From Archangiaceae bacterium (lineage in GTDB: Bacteria; Myxococcota; Myxococcia; Myxococcales; Myxococcaceae), in NCBI GenBank assembly GCA_043750125.1, contig JAYVCD010000125.1, positions 1 through 14,172 on the forward strand: a stretch of DNA of 14,172 nucleotides, written 5' to 3'. Made by a program: the position numbers and the translations under genes. Positions within the stretch are counted from its first letter, which is position 1, and each line of letters begins with the position of its first letter. The notes under the pieces are model-generated. The model saw only the letters and a list, made by a program, of their open reading frames with translations, made no database searches and had not been told where the DNA came from. This document shows positions 1 through 7,210 of this stretch, one piece after another.

Positions 1-21
1 CCCGGTTACTTCAACGGGCTG

Positions 22-2088
22 CTAGAGCCAACCCAGCGGCTCGAAGCGCAATCGCAGTGCCCCGTCGCGCAGCAGCTTCTTCACGAAGTTCAGTCCCGCG
101 CGGGTGCGAGCGGCGTCCTCCGGGCCCGTCGCGCCGAGCGCCAGCGCGATCGAATGTTTGCCGTCGATTTTCGAACACAGGGCTTCCATGTCCACGCCTT
201 CGATCATCGGAATGCTCAAGGTCCGCGGCTTCACTTTTCGATTCATCGGGGCAAAGCGCAGTTGCAGCAGCGGCTTGCCTCCTGAGAGCGATCGGCTGGC
301 GTTGAATTCCCAGCGGGGGGAAAGAGCCGGGAACAGCTCGGCGGCGGTGGGCTGCTCGACCCGGTACGGGCCCAGGTAGAGCACGTCCATCGCGGTGTAC
401 AGAAAGCACTGGAGCGCTTCTTTCGGCGACTCGACAATCGGCATTCCGCGCAGGTTGAACGAGGTGTTGAGGACGACCGGAACTCCGGTTCGCTCGCCGA
501 AGGCCGAGATCAACCGGTGGTAGAGCGGGTCGACCTCGCGGTCCACCGTCTGAATGCGGGCGCTGCCGTCGACGTGGGTAACAGCGAGGACCCGGTCCGC
601 CCACGCCTTGCGAACGGGAGCCACAATCAACATGTACGGGCTCTCGCCCTCGAGCTCGAAGACCTCGTTCGCCCGCTCGGCGGTCACGCTGGGGGCAAAA
701 GGGCGAAAGCCTTCTCGAAACTTCACCTGAGCGTTGACCACGTCCTTCATTCGCAGCGGGCGGGAATCGGCCAGGATGCTTCGATGGCCGAGCGCGCGGG
801 GCCCCAGCTCGCTGCCGCCCTGGACCCACCCCAGGATGCGTGAGTCGGCGAGCTGTTCGGCAGCGTCCTCGGCCAGGGCCTGGTCGTCGGGCAGCTTGCG
901 GTACCGGATGCCGCAGTCTTCCAGCAGCCGGTGAATGCCTTCCGCCGGGTAGGTTCGGCCCCCAAAAGCGTGGCGAATCGGTTTGATCGGGCCGCCTGAG
1001 AGCTGCAGATGTCCGTAGTAGGCAAGGCCGATGGCCTGCCCATTGTCGGCGGCACACGGCTGCACGAAGACCCGGTCGAAGATTTTTTTCGAATGGATGA
1101 TTCCGTTGGTGACCGAGTTCAACGCGACCCCACCGGCGAGACAAAGGTTGGCGGCGCCCGTCGCGCGCTTGAGCTGTTCGGCCAGGTGGACCATGGCCTG
1201 CTCGGTTTCGATCTGCACCTTGTACGCGAGGTCTCGGGCGAACTGACCCTGCCCGTCCCGCGCGAGCAGCCCCAGCTGTTCCTCGTTGGTGAAAAAAAAC
1301 TCGTAGACCCCCGAACGCCGCGCGAACTCGTAGAACTTCGAGAAGTCGAGGTGGAAGCCGTCACGCCCGACCCACGACTCGGCCAGTTCCGCGTTTGGGC
1401 GCCCGTACGGCGCGAGTCCCATCGTCTTCCCGGGGTCACCGATTTCGATCGTTCGGTTCTTGAAGCCGAGCGCAACGGTAACGAACTCGTACATCAGCCC
1501 GATCCCACCCCAGCGATCGGCGGCGGTCTTGTCCGACGGCGAGCTGCCGAGCATCTCGGCCGTGTAGCGGTTCTTGAAAATTTCTTTGTAGTTGCCCTTT
1601 CGATTCTCGAAAAAATAGCCGGTCTCAGCTTCCGAGGCGCTCGAGCCGTCGGCGGTGACGATCGCCGAGCCGTCTGCGTCGACCACCAGCACGGCAGCCT
1701 TTTCGAAGGGGCTTGCGTGAAACGCGGAAAGCGCGTGGCAGAAGTGGTGGGTTCCACCGGCGGGTTGATCGGCCACGATGATCTTCTTGCGATCGATCGG
1801 GAGGAAGCCGCCCCAGTCGACGCTGAACCAGTCGTTCTGGGGCACGACGATCGCGTCCAACTGGTCGAGCGAGATGCCCGCGGTCTCGAGGCAGTAGGTG
1901 ACCGACGCCCACGGGAAATAGCCCCACCGAAAGTTGTACCAGAACCAGTGGCTGCGTTGGTCTGCGGGCACCGCGTGCTTGACGCGCGTGAGCCGCTCTT
2001 CCTCGATTGCCACCACGATCTCGCCGTCCCGAAGCAAACACGCTCCGACATCGTGACCGCCCACATAGACACCAAGCACGTACGCCAT
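22..2088 (-). CDS. Carbamoyltransferase, NodU/CmcH/TobZ family (CT1), ~688 aa, with C-terminal extension
   Basis: Motifs GGHDVGACLL, AIEEERLTRVK, HHFCH (HxxxH), VVDADG, GKTMGLAPYG, LAGGVALN, DNGQAIG, ELGPRALGHRS, VKFREGFRPFAP, HVDGSARIQTV, LNTSFN. Start set at ATG 2088 (MAYVLGV aligns with the paralogue N-termini; AAGGGG lies 4 nt upstream) rather than TTG 2154. Stop TAG at 22-24. Confidence 0.95.
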   Translation of the reverse strand: MAYVLGVYVGGHDVGACLLRDGEIVVAIEEERLTRVKHAVPADQRSHWFWYNFRWGYFPWASVTYCLETAGISLDQLDAIVVPQNDWFSVDWGGFLPIDRKKIIVADQPAGGTHHFCHALSAFHASPFEKAAVLVVDADGSAIVTADGSSASEAETGYFFENRKGNYKEIFKNRYTAEMLGSSPSDKTAADRWGGIGLMYEFVTVALGFKNRTIEIGDPGKTMGLAPYGRPNAELAESWVGRDGFHLDFSKFYEFARRSGVYEFFFTNEEQLGLLARDGQGQFARDLAYKVQIETEQAMVHLAEQLKRATGAANLCLAGGVALNSVTNGIIHSKKIFDRVFVQPCAADNGQAIGLAYYGHLQLSGGPIKPIRHAFGGRTYPAEGIHRLLEDCGIRYRKLPDDQALAEDAAEQLADSRILGWVQGGSELGPRALGHRSILADSRPLRMKDVVNAQVKFREGFRPFAPSVTAERANEVFELEGESPYMLIVAPVRKAWADRVLAVTHVDGSARIQTVDREVDPLYHRLISAFGERTGVPVVLNTSFNLRGMPIVESPKEALQCFLYTAMDVLYLGPYRVEQPTAAELFPALSPRWEFNASRSLSGGKPLLQLRFAPMNRKVKPRTLSIPMIEGVDMEALCSKIDGKHSIALALGATGPEDAARTRAGLNFVKKLLRDGALRLRFEPLGWL

Positions 2089-2125
2089 TCGTCCCCTTGC
2101 AGGTTCGCCATCGCTGAAGGCGCAA

Positions 2126-2154
2126 AGTCTGACCCGCCCACGCTGGGTTGACAA
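2126..2154 (-). promoter_or_regulatory. Possible sigma70-type promoter for CT1 in the divergent CT1/CT2 intergenic region
   Basis: Minus strand reads TTGTCA (2154-2149), a 17-nt spacer, then CAGACT (2131-2126). The plus strand has an overlapping perfect TTGACA (2148-2153) but no good -10. The 123-bp gap between divergent genes is expected to hold promoters; this exact site is speculative. Confidence 0.25.
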
Positions 2155-2211
2155 TCAATCGCCCGGGCTTTCCCTCTTGCCCCGTACGGACCTGAGCAGA
2201 AGAATCAGGCG

Positions 2212-4281
2212 GTGCCGCTGGTTCTCGGAGTCAATTGGGGAGGGATCCAGCCGGGCGCATGCCTGTTGCGCGATGGCGCAATCGTCGTCGCCATCGAAGA
2301 AGAGCGCCTCACCCGGGTGAAGCAGGGAATCCTGGGGCCGCACCGCTGGCTTTGGCTTTGGTACAACCTGCGGTGGGGCTACTTCCCGTGGGCGTCGGTG
2401 ACGTATTGCCTGCGAACCGCGGGCGTCTTGATCGACCAACTCGACGCGGTGGTGGTCTCGCGAGACACCCTACCCTTCGGAGTCGCCTGGGAATCTTTCC
2501 TGCCCATTCACCCCGACAAGCTGATTGTCCAGAGCGAGCCCGTGGGCGCATCGCATCACTTCCGCCATGCGCTCTCGGCCTTTTACGCCAGCCCGTTCGA
2601 CAGCGCTGCAGTGCTCGTGCTCGACCCGGTGGGTTCCGAGGACACCCCTGCGGTCCCGGGGGGCAGCCGAAAAGGCGGCGAGGGCGAATCTGCGTACCTC
2701 TTCGAGGACCGGTCGGGCGCGTACCAGGAAGTCTTCAAGAACCGGTACGAAACCCAGATGACCCTTCGCGCCGGAGCCATCGAAGATCCGGCCCGCTGGG
2801 GGGGAATCGGAATGATGTCTCTGGTCGTTTCGACCGCTTTGGGTTTTCGAGATCCCAACACCCGGCTGGACAGCGGGGGCCGGACTGTGGCGCTCGCCGC
2901 GCATGGCAGCCCCAGCCCCGAGTTTGCCGATCCGTGGATCTCCGACAAGGGCTCGCACCTGGATTTTTCGCGCTTCCATCAATTCGCCCAGGACTCCCAC
3001 CTCTTCGACCTTCCGCCTGGAGACCCTTCCGCGGCGATGCCCGCGCTGTTCGATGCCCGGGCCAGGAACCTCGCCCACAAAGTCCAGCTCGAGACCGAGC
3101 GGGCGATGGTGCATCTGGCCGAGAGGCTTCGCAGTGAGACCGGGGCGACGTGTCTGTGCCTGGCCGGTGGGACGGCGCTCAACGGGGGGGCCAACAACGC
3201 AATTGTGTCTCGGGGAATTTTCGAGCACGTGTTCGTCCAACCTGCCGCGGATGACGATGGGCAGGCGATTGGACTGGCGTACTACGGGCACCTGAAGCTC
3301 TCGCGCGAGCCGATCAAGCCGATGCGACACGCGTTCGCGGGTCGGTCGTATTCGAACGATGAAATCCGGATCTTGCTCGACTCCTACCGACTCGGCTACC
3401 GCGAGCTCTCGGACGAAGGTTCGCTGCCCGATCACGCGGCTGCCGACCTCGCCACATCGCGAATCGTCGCGTGGTTCCAGGGGGGCAGTGAGTTCGGCCC
3501 CCACGCGCTGGGCCATCGCAGCATTCTCGCGGACCCACGGCGGGCCGAGATGAAGGAACAGGTCAGCGCCCGCGCCAAGTTTCGGGAAACGTACCGCCCG
3601 TTCGGGGCCAGCGTGCTCGCCGAGCGCGCGACCGAGATCTTCGACCTGCGAGGCGGGGAAAGCCCGTACATGCTGATCACCGCGCCGGTGCGAAACGAAT
3701 GGTTGGCGCGCATTCCTGCAGTGACCCACGTGGACGCAACGTGCCGGATCCACACCGTCAGCCGCGACACAGATCCGCTCTACCATTGCCTGCTCGAAGG
3801 GTTCAGTGCGCGAACCGGCGTCCCGGTGCTGCTCAACACCTCGTTCAACCTGGCCGGCCTGCCCATCGTCGAATCACCGCGCGACGCGCTCCAATGCTTT
3901 TTGTTTTCGGAAACCGACGCGCTCTACCTGAACCACTTTCGAGTCGAGCAGCCGCCGCTGAGCGCCCTCTTCCCGCAGATGAATCGGCTGTGGGAGCTCG
4001 TCGCGCCCGCATCCAGTCCCGGCGAGCTGCTCTTTAGCTTCACCCCGATGAAGGGGGGGCAGGCCAAGCCGAAGTCGGTCGTGGTCCCGGCAATTCAGGG
4101 AATACAGATGGAACGCCTGTGCGCCGGAATGGACGGAGTGCGCTCGCTCGAGCAGCTGCTCGAGGAAGCGGGGCCGGAAGCACTCCACGATTCCGACCGG
4201 GCGGCGCAGGTGGTGCGCTTCGTCAAACGGGCGCTGCGCGAGAACGCGCTCCACCTGCGCTTTGGGTCCGACGTGCTGTAG
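2212..4281 (+). CDS. Carbamoyltransferase-like protein (CT2), 689 aa; divergent paralogue with degenerate catalytic motifs
   Basis: Collinear with CT1/CT3 over its length (AIEEERLTRVK, HHFRH, LAHKVQLETE, LGHRSILADPR, ESPYML, LLNTSFN). Changes: HD->IQ, GKTMGLAP(Y/F)G->GRTVALAAHG, GPRALG->GPHALG, RPFAP->RPFGA, RIQTV->RIHTV. GTG start, TAG stop, no frameshift. Confidence 0.92.
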   Translation: MPLVLGVNWGGIQPGACLLRDGAIVVAIEEERLTRVKQGILGPHRWLWLWYNLRWGYFPWASVTYCLRTAGVLIDQLDAVVVSRDTLPFGVAWESFLPIHPDKLIVQSEPVGASHHFRHALSAFYASPFDSAAVLVLDPVGSEDTPAVPGGSRKGGEGESAYLFEDRSGAYQEVFKNRYETQMTLRAGAIEDPARWGGIGMMSLVVSTALGFRDPNTRLDSGGRTVALAAHGSPSPEFADPWISDKGSHLDFSRFHQFAQDSHLFDLPPGDPSAAMPALFDARARNLAHKVQLETERAMVHLAERLRSETGATCLCLAGGTALNGGANNAIVSRGIFEHVFVQPAADDDGQAIGLAYYGHLKLSREPIKPMRHAFAGRSYSNDEIRILLDSYRLGYRELSDEGSLPDHAAADLATSRIVAWFQGGSEFGPHALGHRSILADPRRAEMKEQVSARAKFRETYRPFGASVLAERATEIFDLRGGESPYMLITAPVRNEWLARIPAVTHVDATCRIHTVSRDTDPLYHCLLEGFSARTGVPVLLNTSFNLAGLPIVESPRDALQCFLFSETDALYLNHFRVEQPPLSALFPQMNRLWELVAPASSPGELLFSFTPMKGGQAKPKSVVVPAIQGIQMERLCAGMDGVRSLEQLLEEAGPEALHDSDRAAQVVRFVKRALRENALHLRFGSDVL

Positions 4282-4296
4282 CCGTGCGGCTACAGC
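4275..4296. repeat. Perfect 10-bp inverted repeat spanning the convergent stop codons of CT2 and CT3
   Basis: GCTGTAGCCG (4275-4284) - TG - CGGCTACAGC (4287-4296). Each arm contains one gene's TAG (4279-4281 on +, 4290-4292 on -). A short T-containing tract (GTTTGT) follows on the + strand. Confidence 0.8.
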
Positions 4297-6341
4297 GTTT
4301 GTGAGCCAAACCGCAGCCCGATCGCGCCTTCCCGCAGCAGCAGCTTGATGAACCGGACGACCTCGACGATGCGGTCAGGCACCGCCGCACCCGGCCCCGC
4401 TGTTTCCAGGGCCACCCCGAGCGAACGTGTGCCGTCCATCCCGCGGCAGACGTGTTCCATGTCCACTCCCGCAATCGCGGGGACAGGAATCGCGCGGGGC
4501 TTCACGTTTCTGCGCAGAGGCGAAAATCGGATTTCGACCCGCTTCTCGCCGCTGGGTTGCGCCTGGCTCACCACGAGCTCCCAGCGCCGGCGCAGCGCGG
4601 GAAAGAGCTCGGACGGCCGCGGAGGCTCGATTCGGTAGCGGCCCAGATAGAGGGTGTCCATCTCGGTGTAGAGAAAACACTGCAGGGTGTCTCGCGGGGT
4701 CTCGACGATCGGCATTCCCCGCAAGTTGAACGAGGTGTTGAGCAGCACCGGAACCCCGGTCAGCTTCGAGAACTCCGAGATCAGCGCGTGGTAGAGCGGG
4801 TCGACCTCGCGTTCCACCGTCTGGATCCGCCCGGTACCGTCGACGTGGGTGATCGCCGGAACGCGTTCGATCCATTCCTTTCGCACCGGCGCGACGATCA
4901 GCATGTACGGGCTGTCGCCGCCGCGCAGCTCGAACACCTCGGTCGCGCGCTCGGCCAACACACTCGGAGCGAAGGGTCGAAAAGCTTCCCGGAACTTCAC
5001 CCGGGCGTTGACGATGTCCTTCATCTCGGGACGACGGGGGTCGGCGAGAATGCTGCGATGGCCCAGCGCGCGTGGGCCCAGCTCGCTGCCGCCCTGAAAC
5101 CAGCCGAGGATCTTCGACGCGGCCAGATCGGCGGCGGCTTCTTTCGCGACGGCCGCGTCGTCGGGCAGCGCGCGATAAGTGATACCGCACGAGTCGAGGA
5201 ACCCCAAAATCTCGAGATCCGAATAAGTCCGGCCACCGAACGCATGCCGCATCGGCTTGATCGGAGCGCGGGAAAGCTTCAGATGGCCGTAGTAGGCAAG
5301 CCCGATGGCCTGCCCGTTGTCTGCCGCGGCCGGCTGGACGAACACCCGCTCGAACAGACCGCTGTTCTGGATGATCCCGTTCGCCACGGAATTCAACGCC
5401 ACGCCCCCCGCCAGGCAGAGGTTGCTCGCTCCCGTCTCGCGCTTGAGCTGCTCGGCCAGGTGCACCATCGCCCGCTCGGTTTCCAGCTGCGCTTTGAACG
5501 CGAGGTCCTTCGCCTGCTGACCGAAGTGCCCTTCGTTGGCCAGCATTCCGCTGCCCTTCTCTTCGTTGACGTAGGTGTCCCAAAGACCCGAGGAACGCGC
5601 GAATTCGAGGAAGCTGGAAAAGTCGAGCTGGAACCCCTTGTGCCGGATCCACGGCGCTTCGAAGTCGGCGTTGGGGCGGCCAAAGGGAGCCAGGCCCATC
5701 GTCTTCCCGGCATCGTCGAAGCCGGTGACGCGCGATCGGAATCCGAGCGCCATCGACACCACCATGTACATCATTCCGATTCCGCCCCAGCGCGCCGGGT
5801 CGCCGGGGGCATGCAACGGCTCGATCTGGTATCGGTTCTTGAAGACCTCTCGAGGGCTGGCGCCGCGCGTTTCGAAGAGGTAGCCGGTTTCCGATTCACC
5901 CCCGCGCTCGTCCTCGGATCCAATTCCGTCGACCACCAGCACTGCCGCGTGATCGAACGGACTGGCATAAAAGGCCGAGAGTGCGTGGCTGTAGTGGTGC
6001 ACTCCGCCGGGAGGCTCGTCGGCGATGATGATTTTCGAAGGGTCGATCGGCAGCAGCCCGGCCCAGTCGACCTTGCAGAAATCATCGAGCCCCTGCACGA
6101 CGAGGGCATCGAGCTCGTGAAGCGAAACGCCCGCAGCGCGCAGGCAGTAGGTGACCGACGCCCACGGGAAATAGCCAAACAGCGCGTTGAAGTTCGGCCA
6201 GAGGTAACGGAACGACGCAGGAATTCCGTTCTTCACCCGGGTCAGACGCTCTTCCTCGATGGCGACGACGATCTCTCCGTCGCGCAGCAGGCAGGCGCCC
6301 GGATCGTGCCCGTGATTGAAAACACCGAGAATGAGGGTCAT
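4290..6341 (-). CDS. Carbamoyltransferase, NodU/CmcH/TobZ family (CT3), 683 aa, with C-terminal extension
   Basis: Intact motifs GHDPGACLL, EEERLTRVK, HHYSH, VVDGIG, AGKTMGLAPFG, LAGGVALNSVAN, DNGQAIG, ELGPRALGHRS, VNARVKFREAFRPFAP, DSPYML, HVDGTGRIQTV, LLNTSFN. GGAG lies upstream of the ATG. Confidence 0.96.
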   Translation of the reverse strand: MTLILGVFNHGHDPGACLLRDGEIVVAIEEERLTRVKNGIPASFRYLWPNFNALFGYFPWASVTYCLRAAGVSLHELDALVVQGLDDFCKVDWAGLLPIDPSKIIIADEPPGGVHHYSHALSAFYASPFDHAAVLVVDGIGSEDERGGESETGYLFETRGASPREVFKNRYQIEPLHAPGDPARWGGIGMMYMVVSMALGFRSRVTGFDDAGKTMGLAPFGRPNADFEAPWIRHKGFQLDFSSFLEFARSSGLWDTYVNEEKGSGMLANEGHFGQQAKDLAFKAQLETERAMVHLAEQLKRETGASNLCLAGGVALNSVANGIIQNSGLFERVFVQPAAADNGQAIGLAYYGHLKLSRAPIKPMRHAFGGRTYSDLEILGFLDSCGITYRALPDDAAVAKEAAADLAASKILGWFQGGSELGPRALGHRSILADPRRPEMKDIVNARVKFREAFRPFAPSVLAERATEVFELRGGDSPYMLIVAPVRKEWIERVPAITHVDGTGRIQTVEREVDPLYHALISEFSKLTGVPVLLNTSFNLRGMPIVETPRDTLQCFLYTEMDTLYLGRYRIEPPRPSELFPALRRRWELVVSQAQPSGEKRVEIRFSPLRRNVKPRAIPVPAIAGVDMEHVCRGMDGTRSLGVALETAGPGAAVPDRIVEVVRFIKLLLREGAIGLRFGSQTL

Positions 6342-6390
6342 CGCTGGCGCTCTCCGATTCGCGCGGCTGGAAAAGACGGGGCTGCGTTCC

Positions 6391-7155
6391 TCAAGACCAG
6401 AACCAGAGCTTTCCCGAGGGCAGTCGCCCCAGAAAGGTACCGAAGCTCATCCGCACACTGGGCGCCGGCAGGACCTGATGAAAGTTTCGGGTGTTGAACA
6501 TCACCAATTCGCCGCTCACCGGCTTCACTTGATACGAGCGGGCTCCCTTCACCACCTCGTCCTCGTAGCCGTAGTTGCCCGGCAAACGAAGCCGCTCATC
6601 GGCCGGTTCCCACGCTCGATCGTAGATGTGGGTCGCGCCTTCCTTCGGGCTCGTGAGGTAGACGTTCCAGGTGAGCTGACCTGTGACCTCGCTGATCTTC
6701 CAGCCCCGGGCTTCCCACGGGACGAAGTCGATGTGCACCGGAGACCCATTCTCGAACCGCCTGAAGACCCCGACCGCGTAATTCCCGACGTCCTCTTCGT
6801 GGGCGACCTCGATCGGACCCACCGCGTGGTGCCTCAGCATTTCGATCAAGCGAGCGAAGGGGTCGAACGCCACCGCATAAATCGACGTGAGGGACTGTGC
6901 CGCCGCAGCGGTGGCGGCTCGAAAGCCGGCCTTTTCGTCAGGCTGGAACTCGAAGCGGGCGGCGCCGATGTGACCAATCGGAGGGTTGGCATTCTTGTAC
7001 GGGGTGAACCCGTGCTGCTCAGCGGCGAAGGCCAACGTGGCGCACTCTGCTGCGCTGGCAAACCCGGGGACTCGAATGGCTGGAATTTCGTTGCGAAACA
7101 GCCGCTCGACATTGTCCGCGCTCAGCTCGCCCGCGCGATCGGATTTCCAGGGCAT
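6391..7155 (-). CDS. 2-oxoglutarate/Fe(II)-dependent dioxygenase (probable hydroxylase), ~254 aa
   Basis: Facial triad H-I-D (6735-6727) plus distal His in NTRNFHQV (6480-6478); 2OG-binding R-x-S in VRMSF (Arg 6453-6451); DSBH-type strands QLTWNVYL and GELVMFN. Start uncertain: ATG 7155, GTG 7218 (overlapping the upstream stop) or ATG 7257. Confidence 0.85.
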   Translation of the reverse strand: MPWKSDRAGELSADNVERLFRNEIPAIRVPGFASAAECATLAFAAEQHGFTPYKNANPPIGHIGAARFEFQPDEKAGFRAATAAAAQSLTSIYAVAFDPFARLIEMLRHHAVGPIEVAHEEDVGNYAVGVFRRFENGSPVHIDFVPWEARGWKISEVTGQLTWNVYLTSPKEGATHIYDRAWEPADERLRLPGNYGYEDEVVKGARSYQVKPVSGELVMFNTRNFHQVLPAPSVRMSFGTFLGRLPSGKLWFWS

Positions 7156-7210
7156 CGGAAGATTCTCAGGGCCGCCGACCCCAGCGTCAATGTGGAACCC
7201 AGCGGCAGTC

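Noticed and set aside
1-21. Weak hairpin CCCG(G)TT-ACTTC-AACGGG just downstream of the CT1 stop
   Set aside because: It is short, bulged and cut by the window edge, with no visible U-tract, so a terminator call is not supportable.
11-1144. Alternative-frame Arg/Gly/Pro-rich ORFs (11-1144, 4375-5652, 2235-3137, 11759-12643 and other short ones)
   Set aside because: Their composition is typical of off-frame translation of GC-rich genes, and they lie almost entirely within real CDSs.
1292-1299. Homopolymer runs (A8 at 1292-1299, T7 at 1083-1089, G7 at 2798-2804 and 3184-3190) as phase-variation sites
   Set aside because: The runs are short, all frames are intact, and they are explained by codons such as Phe-Phe-Phe, Lys-Lys and Gly-Gly.
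2089-2154. 22-aa N-terminal extension of CT1 from TTG 2154
   Set aside because: The paralogues begin at the position matching ATG 2088, which has an SD-like AAGGGG; the extension falls in the probable promoter region.
2089-2211. Search for a RiPP precursor peptide to pair with the RRE-like domains
   Set aside because: Intergenic gaps in the window are 123, 8, 49 and at most 55 bp and hold no credible small ORF. A precursor, if any, would lie outside the window.
22-6341. Interpreting the CT genes as tRNA t6A enzymes (TsaD/Kae1, TsaC/YrdC) or HypF
   Set aside because: The fused Kae1-like plus YrdC-like order with EEER, GPRALG.RS, RPFAP and NTSFN motifs is diagnostic of the NodU/CmcH/TobZ family, and the context is biosynthetic.
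6727-6735. Possibility that the 2OG enzyme is a halogenase
   Set aside because: It keeps the Asp of HxD; halogenases replace it with Gly or Ala.
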